From: a virus
Taxonomy: Duplodnaviria; Heunggongvirae; Uroviricota; Caudoviricetes
Reading direction: 5' to 3' (one strand)
Length of the DNA: 30,882 nucleotides
IMG/VR virus record: IMGVR_UViG_3300044858_003749
A program made the translations under genes and the position numbers. Under the pieces are notes generated by a model. It was not told the origin of the DNA and did not search any database. It was given only the letters and a program-made list of their open reading frames with translations. Shown here piece after piece: positions 24,808 through 30,882 of the stretch (position 1 is the first letter of the stretch; every line of letters begins with the position of its first letter).

Positions 24808-25368
24808 ATGATTAATTACGATCTAGCAACAAGTCCCAACACATCGCCAGAATCCTTAGAACGTCTGGCTAACGATAAGGATTATATGGTTCGTCGTGGT
24901 GTTGTATTAAATCCCAATATACCACCAGAAACCTTAGAAAGTTTGGCGAATGATAATAGTTATTATGTTCGTGGCTGGGTTGCAAGAAATCCCAATACAC
25001 CACCAGAAACCTTAGAGCGTTTGGCTAATGATGAGGATTGGCGTGTTCGTCGTAGGGTTGCAAATAATCCAAACACCCCACCAGAAACGTTAGAACGTCT
25101 GGCTCATGATGAGGATTGGCGTGTTCGTTATGGGGTTGTAGGGAATCCTAATACAACAACAGAAATCTTAGAACGTCTGGCTGATGATGAGGATTTAAAT
25201 GTTCGTTATTATGTTGCAAGAAATCCCAACACACCACCAGAAACCTTAGCTCGTCTGGCTAATGATGAGGATTGGTATGTTCGTGAATGTGTAGTAAGAA
25301 ATCCTAATACACCACAATACATTAAAGATTATCTTAAAATCAAAAAGTTTCTGAATTGTTATGAGTAA
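24808..25368 (+). CDS. LRV/HEAT-like repeat protein B (6 repeats plus caps)
   Basis: MINYDLA N-cap, 26-aa units, NPNTPQYIKDYLKIKKFLNCYE C-cap. Confidence 0.9.
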   Translation: MINYDLATSPNTSPESLERLANDKDYMVRRGVVLNPNIPPETLESLANDNSYYVRGWVARNPNTPPETLERLANDEDWRVRRRVANNPNTPPETLERLAHDEDWRVRYGVVGNPNTTTEILERLADDEDLNVRYYVARNPNTPPETLARLANDEDWYVRECVVRNPNTPQYIKDYLKIKKFLNCYE

Positions 25369-25624
25369 TTTTGATCTTGCAAAAAATCCCAACACACCAC
25401 CAGAAACCTTAGAACATCTGGCTAATGATAAGGATTGGCTTGTTCGTTGTAGGGTTGCGCGAAATCTTAACACAACAACAGAAACCTTAGAACGTCTGGC
25501 TAATGATGAGGATTGGTATGTTCGTTATGAGGTTGCAAAAAATCCCAACACCCCACAATACATTCTAACTTATTTTAAAATCAAAAAGTTTTTAACACAC
25601 TATAACTGTTTTAATCATGAATGA
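25361..25624 (+). CDS. LRV/HEAT-like repeat protein C (2 repeats plus caps)
   Basis: MSNFDLA N-cap; 8-nt ATGAGTAA overlap with B. Confidence 0.85.
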   Translation: MSNFDLAKNPNTPPETLEHLANDKDWLVRCRVARNLNTTTETLERLANDEDWYVRYEVAKNPNTPQYILTYFKIKKFLTHYNCFNHE

Positions 25625-25856
25625 ATTCACAATTTACTCTAAACCTGATTGCCCATACTGTGTAAAAATTAAGCATATTATGGAGTTAAAGAAGTTTCCT
25701 CATAAAATTTATACCTTAGGTGTTGATTTTTCAAAAGAAGAATTTTACGATAAATTTGGAGAAGGGTCCACGTTTCCACAGGTTATTCATGAGAACATTA
25801 CTCTTGGTGGATGTGTGGATACGGTAAAATATCTAAAACAAAAAGAATTAATTTGA
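25617..25856 (+). CDS. nrdC: glutaredoxin
   Basis: CPYC active site, TFPQV, LGGC. Confidence 0.92.
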   Translation: MNEFTIYSKPDCPYCVKIKHIMELKKFPHKIYTLGVDFSKEEFYDKFGEGSTFPQVIHENITLGGCVDTVKYLKQKELI

Positions 25857-25857
25857 C

Positions 25858-26214
25858 ATGGATGAGATCTATAATGATATACAACAGGCTATTGATTATG
25901 CTTTTATTGACAAAAAATATTTGTTAGATTCCTTCAAATATCTCAAATGTAAAAACGTCAAAAGGCTTCATGCTCAGACGATTTTAAGGTCTGCATTAAC
26001 AAGAGAATTACAATCCTATGTTATTGAATTAAACCGATACGTTAAAGGATCCAAAGATCCAGAAACTGAATATGCTACAGAAGCCTATGGTTTTCTGAGT
26101 AAACCAGAAGCCAGAAAGTTAGCTACCTATTTTGATAACATCGTAGAGGGAATCAAGAAGTATATAAATGACAAAAAAGGAGCACTCAAAAAATCAAAAC
26201 GACCAACTAAATAA
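25858..26214 (+). CDS. conserved cyanophage-type hypothetical protein
   Basis: EAYGFLSKPEARK motif; follows grx. Confidence 0.7.
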   Translation: MDEIYNDIQQAIDYAFIDKKYLLDSFKYLKCKNVKRLHAQTILRSALTRELQSYVIELNRYVKGSKDPETEYATEAYGFLSKPEARKLATYFDNIVEGIKKYINDKKGALKKSKRPTK

Positions 26215-26392
26215 AGTTGACAGGGGCCTACAATTTATGCTCCATTCAAAATTAAAGGAGGAACACATCTTTAGTTTAATATGGGGAAAGATGGTTACTT
26301 TTTTTGATAAGGAATACCATCTTCGTTTTGAGTTTTACATCAAACCAAAAAGGAGATTAACTAATGATCGCAGCCACAATATTAACGCTTAG
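26168..26392 (+). CDS. conserved cyanophage-type small protein
   Basis: ORF track; contains a CTAAATA late-promoter-like motif at 26207-26213. Confidence 0.6.
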   Translation: MTKKEHSKNQNDQLNKVDRGLQFMLHSKLKEEHIFSLIWGKMVTFFDKEYHLRFEFYIKPKRRLTNDRSHNINA

Positions 26393-26609
26393 TGTTCTTG
26401 TTTTAGTTTCATTTATGGCCATCGGGGTTATCGTAGGATACCTAGTCCGACAGTATTTTGAAGAAAATAAGCCAATTTATACCTCACACCCTGAGCTTTG
26501 GGACCCAGAAACCGGAAGACTTATTGTTGATTCTGACATTTTAGCTATAAGAGTTGAAAATGAAAGTGGCCTACCCCTGGGAATGGAGGACGAAGACTCC
26601 GAAGAATAA
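26364..26609 (+). CDS. single-TM small protein, cyanophage-type
   Basis: N-terminal TM, HPELWD motif, acidic tail. Confidence 0.7.
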   Translation: MIAATILTLSVLVLVSFMAIGVIVGYLVRQYFEENKPIYTSHPELWDPETGRLIVDSDILAIRVENESGLPLGMEDEDSEE

Positions 26610-26631
26610 ACTACACATTGAAGAATAAGAT

Positions 26632-27168
26632 ATGACAACAAAAACAAAAGAGGTGAAATTATCACCCAATCCATTCATGTTTGAAGTTCTAGATTTAGTT
26701 CTGAAGCAGAGAACAAAAGCAAACAAAATTAAGGTATTAAGAGAGTACAGAGACGATAGTATTATTGCCGTTTTTCTCTGGAACTATGTTCCAGCTTTAG
26801 TGTCAGCTCTTCCACCCGGAGAAGTCCCGTATGCGGCTCTTAAAGATCTTGAAGTGGGAAATGATACACTTTCAGATACGGTGAAAAAACAGATTGAATC
26901 TTCAACAGCAATGGACTCCATGGGTTCAAACCAAAGAACCAGCATTCGTAGAGAGTTTCAGATTTTTTATAATTTCTTAAAAGGTGGTAATGATAGTCTC
27001 TCTAGTGTTAGAAGAGAAACAATTTTTATTAACTTAATAGAAGGTCTTCATCCAAGAGAAGCAGAGATTCTTATGTTAACAAAAGATAAGAGACTAACCG
27101 ATCGTTATAATCTGCCTTTTGATCTGATTCGTGAAGCATATCCTGACGTTACCTGGGACAGATCATGA
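26632..27168 (+). CDS. conserved T4-like cyanophage hypothetical protein
   Basis: LPPGEVPY, RRETIFINLIEGLHPREAEIL motifs. Confidence 0.8.
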   Translation: MTTKTKEVKLSPNPFMFEVLDLVLKQRTKANKIKVLREYRDDSIIAVFLWNYVPALVSALPPGEVPYAALKDLEVGNDTLSDTVKKQIESSTAMDSMGSNQRTSIRREFQIFYNFLKGGNDSLSSVRRETIFINLIEGLHPREAEILMLTKDKRLTDRYNLPFDLIREAYPDVTWDRS

Positions 27169-27470
27169 TTTGGAGTGAAGACGAGAAAAAGACATTACCC
27201 ATACAATATAATTGCGAACTTCTTTTCCATAACGCAGAAGAAGCACAGATTAAAAGCCTAAGTCTTCCTAGTGATGCTTACATTGTAGAATATACAACGG
27301 AAAAAGGAGAACATGTAGACTTATGCCGGTCCAGTAAGATGTCAAATATATTTGATTTATATTATGATAAGATTGGTAATAACATTCGTAAGATTGACTT
27401 TGGTTATGGAAGAGTTAATCCTAAACTATGGGGATATTCTGCACCGGAAAAAAAGAGGAGAAAACAATAA
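27165..27470 (+). CDS. conserved cyanophage-type hypothetical protein
   Basis: LPSDAYIVEY..FDLYYDK..GRVNPKLWG. Confidence 0.75.
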   Translation: MIWSEDEKKTLPIQYNCELLFHNAEEAQIKSLSLPSDAYIVEYTTEKGEHVDLCRSSKMSNIFDLYYDKIGNNIRKIDFGYGRVNPKLWGYSAPEKKRRKQ

Positions 27471-27661
27471 TGCAAGGGTTTGAATCTGCAAAAGTACAAG
27501 GAAAAATAAACAGAGACGAACTGAATAATATTATCCGTAAGTATAAAAAGGCTAAAAAATACATGAGATCCGGCGTCTTTGCTATTAAGACAATGGACGG
27601 AACCGAGGAATATATTTCCTCTCTTATGAATGAATCAAATGATCCCTCGCTTGTGAACTAA
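27470..27661 (+). CDS. small hypothetical protein
   Basis: ATG 27470 with TAATG overlaps on both sides. Confidence 0.65.
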   Translation: MQGFESAKVQGKINRDELNNIIRKYKKAKKYMRSGVFAIKTMDGTEEYISSLMNESNDPSLVN

Positions 27662-27987
27662 TGGGTAAGCATTATCTACTGAATCTCTATGGTTGCCAAT
27701 TTCATTCCTTGAATGATTTGAATTTTATTACTCAACTATTAAAGGATGCCGCCATCTTATGCGAGGCGACTATTCTTAATGTTGCCACACATCAATTTGA
27801 TCCATATGGGGTTACGGTAGTTTTAATGCTCGCAGAATCACACATAAGCATTCATACATGGCCCGATAAAGGAACCGCCGCATGTGATGTTTATACTTGT
27901 TCACAAACAGATCCTAAGATTGGTTGTGATTTTATTATAGAGAAGTTAAAACCTTCTAATTACGAACTGACTTTCATTCAGAGGTGA
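27661..27987 (+). CDS. speD: S-adenosylmethionine decarboxylase proenzyme
   Basis: GKHYLLNLYGC, HQFDPYGVT, LAESHISIHTWP (E-S self-cleavage site), DVYTC. Confidence 0.95.
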   Translation: MGKHYLLNLYGCQFHSLNDLNFITQLLKDAAILCEATILNVATHQFDPYGVTVVLMLAESHISIHTWPDKGTAACDVYTCSQTDPKIGCDFIIEKLKPSNYELTFIQR

Positions 27988-28043
27988 GTCAGTTCGTAAA
28001 CTGTCCACACATTACGACAACTCTCGGCTGTATGTGATATACT
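27988..28043 (+). promoter_or_regulatory. early promoter with upstream box driving the riboswitch leader
   Basis: GTCA-N10-TGTCCAC (27988-28008); TGa-TATACT 28035-28043. Confidence 0.7.
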
Positions 28044-28069
28044 GGTAGAAAGCTAAGAGATTAGCTTCA

Positions 28070-28120
28070 TCCGTTGACTGGAATTCTCCAGTGGAAGTAG
28101 TCTTATGACGAAGCAACGCG
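28070..28120 (+). ncRNA. glutamine-I riboswitch (glnA RNA motif)
   Basis: P1 CGTTG/CAACG, P2 CTGGA-ATTC-TCCAG, junction TGGAAGTA, P3 GTC-TTAT-GAC, GAAG, 3' CAACGCG; matches the glnA aptamer architecture. Confidence 0.85.
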
Positions 28121-28148
28121 AAATTCCACTTTCAATTAGGAGAAAACC

Positions 28149-28250
28149 ATGAAACCAACTTTCGTTCATATTATCAAAAATAAAATTCGTAAGGAAGCTC
28201 TTATTAAAAATAGTCAATACGAAATGGCCAAGAAATCACAAATTTGTTGA
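28149..28250 (+). CDS. 33-aa basic peptide downstream of the glutamine riboswitch (MKPTFVHIIKNKIRKEALIKNSQYEMAKKSQIC)
   Basis: AGGAGA SD 28138-28143, ATG 28149, TGA 28248-28250; absent from the ORF track. Confidence 0.7.
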   Translation: MKPTFVHIIKNKIRKEALIKNSQYEMAKKSQIC

Positions 28251-28324
28251 TTATATTAGTGGTTTATTTTTTGATTTGCATGAGAATTTCTCAATCAGCC
28301 CTAAATTAAAGTTTTTGAATCGTT

Positions 28325-28579
28325 ATGAGTAATTATGATCTAGCAGAAAATCACAACACACCACCAGAAACCTTAGAACGGCTGGCTAATGGTGGTAATG
28401 CTAATCTTCGTTGGCTTGTTGCATTTAATCCCAACACACCACCAGAAGCCTTAGAACGTCTGGCGAATGATGAGGATTCAGAAATTCGTTATGAGGTTGC
28501 AAATAATATTAACACACCACAATACATCAAAGATTATCTAAAAATCAAGGAGTTTCTGAATCGTTATGAGCAATTATGA
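28325..28579 (+). CDS. LRV/HEAT-like repeat protein D (2 repeats plus caps)
   Basis: MSNYDLA N-cap; PQYIKDYLKIKEFLNRYE C-cap. Confidence 0.85.
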   Translation: MSNYDLAENHNTPPETLERLANGGNANLRWLVAFNPNTPPEALERLANDEDSEIRYEVANNINTPQYIKDYLKIKEFLNRYEQL

Positions 28580-28892
28580 TCTAGCAAGAAATCCCAACAC
28601 ACCACCAGAAACATTAGCGCGGCTAGCTACTGATAAGGATTATAACGTTCGTCGTGAGGTTGCAAGAAATCCCAACACACCAATAGAAATCTTAGAACGT
28701 CTGGCTAATGATGAGCATCTGCATGTTCGTTGTTGGGTTGCATTGAATCCCAACACATCGACAGAAATCTTAGAACGTCTTGCTAATGATAACGATTTTT
28801 GGGTTCGTAGCAGTGTTGAATTAAATCCCAACACACCACAATACATTAAAACTTATTTCAAAATTAAAAGAATATTACGTTGTTATGAATAA
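28566..28892 (+). CDS. LRV/HEAT-like repeat protein E (3 repeats plus caps)
   Basis: MSNYDLA N-cap; PQYIKTYFKIKRILRCYE C-cap. Confidence 0.85.
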   Translation: MSNYDLARNPNTPPETLARLATDKDYNVRREVARNPNTPIEILERLANDEHLHVRCWVALNPNTSTEILERLANDNDFWVRSSVELNPNTPQYIKTYFKIKRILRCYE

Positions 28893-29127
28893 GAAAAAAA
28901 CATTATTACTTATAGATAGCTTACAGAATTTATTAGATGTATTAAGAGAAGAGCTAACAGAAAATGATATTACTCCAGCAGATAATAAGATATCCATAAA
29001 TGATCTTTTATCACGAGATATTTCTAAAGAAATAGAATATGCTGAAGAAGGAGTTGATGGCCCGGATATATTATTGAATAGTGAAGAAGAAAGAAAATTT
29101 TACGAAAGATTTAACTTAGGAGAGTAA
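28885..29127 (+). CDS. small acidic hypothetical protein upstream of thyX
   Basis: 8-nt ATGAATAA overlap with E. Confidence 0.65.
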   Translation: MNKKKTLLLIDSLQNLLDVLREELTENDITPADNKISINDLLSRDISKEIEYAEEGVDGPDILLNSEEERKFYERFNLGE

Positions 29128-29130
29128 CTT

Positions 29131-29814
29131 ATGAGACCCGATGTAAAACTTATAGCCATAACTCAGGGGGCAGGAGATCTTGTCAATAAAAATGCACAAG
29201 AGGTTATTTCTTATGTCGCTAGAGTTAGTAATCCAAATAATCAGCTAAATTTTGATACAGCTAGCGGACTCATTAGATACTGTATTAAAAATAAACATGT
29301 AAGCATTTTTGAACATTCTTATATGACGCTGGAGATCAATACAACCAGAGCGATTGCGGCTCAAATTTTGCGCCATAGATCCTTTTGTTATCAAGAATGG
29401 TCCCAAAGATATTCTGATGTAAATTCTTTAACAGAAACGATAGTGGTTCCAGAACTTCGTAGGCAAGACACTAAGAACCGACAAAATTCTATTGACGATC
29501 TTGATAAGGAAGTTAAGCAGTCTTTTGAAGATGAAATTAAAGATTATTTCAAACAAGGACAAGAACTTTATAATTCGCTTCTTGATAATGAAGTCGCAAA
29601 GGAATCAGCACGTTTTATTTTGCCGTTAGCAACACCAACAAGAATTTATATGACGGGCAATGTTCGTTCTTGGATGACATATATCGCTCTTAGAGAGAAA
29701 AATGGTACACAGAAAGAGCACCAAGACATTGCAAAAGAATGTAAGCTCATCTTTAAAGAGCAGTTTCCAGATTGTTATGAGGCTTTAGGTGGGGGCGAAG
29801 AATGGACTATCTAG
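29131..29814 (+). CDS. thyX: FAD-dependent thymidylate synthase
   Basis: ARVSN, SIFEH, QILRHRSFCYQEWSQRY (RHRx7S motif), ESARFILP, GNVRSW, QKEH. Confidence 0.95.
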   Translation: MRPDVKLIAITQGAGDLVNKNAQEVISYVARVSNPNNQLNFDTASGLIRYCIKNKHVSIFEHSYMTLEINTTRAIAAQILRHRSFCYQEWSQRYSDVNSLTETIVVPELRRQDTKNRQNSIDDLDKEVKQSFEDEIKDYFKQGQELYNSLLDNEVAKESARFILPLATPTRIYMTGNVRSWMTYIALREKNGTQKEHQDIAKECKLIFKEQFPDCYEALGGGEEWTI

Positions 29815-30882
29815 ATTACTTACAACAATACCGCGAAAAATATCATTTAGATGATATCTTCAATCACAATAATAATGCTGATGTAGAACAAGTAGAGAAG
29901 TATATTGGGGAATTATGCGGTGTTTCTTATGTTTTACTTGAGTTGTTTTGTGGCGCGCGTTCGGAAGAACATTACAAAGGTGGACGGACGTTCCCAAGCA
30001 ATATTCATAGATTTGTTATGAAAAATAGTGTATTAGAAAATACTGGTAAAGAACCGAAAAACATTGATTATCTTACCAGAATGCTGGTGACAACTCTAGG
30101 TAATCCCGATTCTGAGATTTTAGATTCTATAGCAAGAGAAAATAATCCAGTAATAAACAAAATTATTTCACGCCACCAAAACACATCAAGCGACACTTTG
30201 ATGTATCTTGCGTCTTCCAACATTTATGCTTCAAGTATTATTTGTCATAGTAATATAACCTCTGATGTTTTATTGGAGATAACAAAAGTCTTATTATCTG
30301 ATCTAAGTAAAAAAATTTTTTGGGTTCAATATCCAGAATGTGATGATTGGGACTTTGTTCAGAAACTTCCTTATGTAAGTGGAAAGCCGAGTGGAAGGAT
30401 ATTAGATTTTTTGGAATATATTGTGGGCTCTTCTAATTTTAATGAGGATACGATGAAGTTGTTTTTATCGGTAGACGATGAAACAATGAAAACGTTAGTG
30501 TGGGATCAAATCTTTTATAGTATGGGTAGAAATCCTTATATTTCACCTCAAATAATGGATATATTGTGTGGGGATCAATTCGTTACTTTAAAGTATAATG
30601 GCGTTCTTGAAAATCCTAATGCGCCTAAACATATTTTAGAAAAGTATTCAACACATAACAAAATGTTTTATCGTGAGCGTGTTGCATATAATACTAACAC
30701 ACTAACAAAAACATTAGAACGTCTGGCTAACGATAATCATCCTGATGTTCGTTGTGGAGTTGCATGTAATCTCAACACATCACCAGAAACATTAGAACTT
30801 CTGGCGAATGATGATAATCGTTGGGTTCGTCTTAGGGTTGCAAAAAATCCAAACACACCCACAGAAATACTAGATCGTTTAG
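29802..30882 (+). CDS. LRV/HEAT-like repeat protein F, over 360 aa, truncated at the window end
   Basis: Translated by hand: ATG 29802 with no stop to the end; degenerate repeats, then canonical units (..TLERLANDNHPDVRCGVAC-NLNTSPETLELLANDDNRWVRLRVAK-NPNTPTEILDRL); missing from the ORF track. Confidence 0.85.
   Translation, partial: MDYLDYLQQYREKYHLDDIFNHNNNADVEQVEKYIGELCGVSYVLLELFCGARSEEHYKGGRTFPSNIHRFVMKNSVLENTGKEPKNIDYLTRMLVTTLGNPDSEILDSIARENNPVINKIISRHQNTSSDTLMYLASSNIYASSIICHSNITSDVLLEITKVLLSDLSKKIFWVQYPECDDWDFVQKLPYVSGKPSGRILDFLEYIVGSSNFNEDTMKLFLSVDDETMKTLVWDQIFYSMGRNPYISPQIMDILCGDQFVTLKYNGVLENPNAPKHILEKYSTHNKMFYRERVAYNTNTLTKTLERLANDNHPDVRCGVACNLNTSPETLELLANDDNRWVRLRVAKNPNTPTEILDRL

Noticed and set aside
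24808-25624. 78-bp periodic repeats as a CRISPR array
   Set aside because: Units are in-frame coding and imperfect, the variable parts are only a few codons, and no cas genes are present.
27988-28043. Upstream promoter box as an NtcA site
   Set aside because: NtcA binds GTA-N8-TAC about 22 nt from the -10. These boxes are RnCA-N10-TGTC at a different distance.
28153-28332. Open frame ending KLKFLNRYE* as an additional gene
   Set aside because: It has no ATG or RBS and overlaps the riboswitch peptide. Only the last codons resemble the LRV C-cap, so it is treated as a junction scar.
1022-28846. Minus-strand ORFs in the track (e.g. 1022-1312, 5331-5702, 7270-7611, 9473-9850, 19416-19760, 25246-25473, 28640-28846)
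   Set aside because: All are antisense shadows of better-supported + strand genes, with no RBS or protein-like motifs. The LRV shadows simply reflect the stop-free antisense of the repeat.
5602-30882. LRV variability as the product of a diversity-generating retroelement
   Set aside because: Many variable codons are NNT, but the genome is T-rich at third positions. Scaffold adenines are conserved rather than randomised, no template/variable pair differs only at A, and there is no reverse transcriptase in the window.

Overview
An AT-rich, gene-dense segment with essentially all credible genes on the + strand. It reads as part of a large T4-like cyanophage (myovirus) genome. Supporting evidence: thyX, glutaredoxin, speD, T4-type late promoters (ATAAATA/TAAATA), sigma70-like early promoters with a recurring upstream box, and a cyanobacterial-type glutamine riboswitch. 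Layout: (1) 1-13500, small accessory ORFs plus a DEDDh exonuclease and an Rnl2/DRB0094-type RNA ligase; (2) 13774-21927, a 12-gene glycan-modification operon (GT11, GT10, two GT25, four GT2/GT-A, two SAM methyltransferases, two unknowns); (3) 22114-23053, an RlpA-like lytic transglycosylase and an NlpC/P60 protein behind a structured leader; (4) 23076-29814, conserved cyanophage-type genes with grx, speD, a glutamine-riboswitch-controlled 33-aa peptide and thyX. The most unusual feature is a family of six paralogous LRV/HEAT-like repeat genes at four loci. They share a 78-bp/26-aa unit with a near-constant scaffold, hypervariable columns, shared N- and C-caps and self-coupling gene junctions. 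All calls come from reading the sequence by eye; no searches were run.
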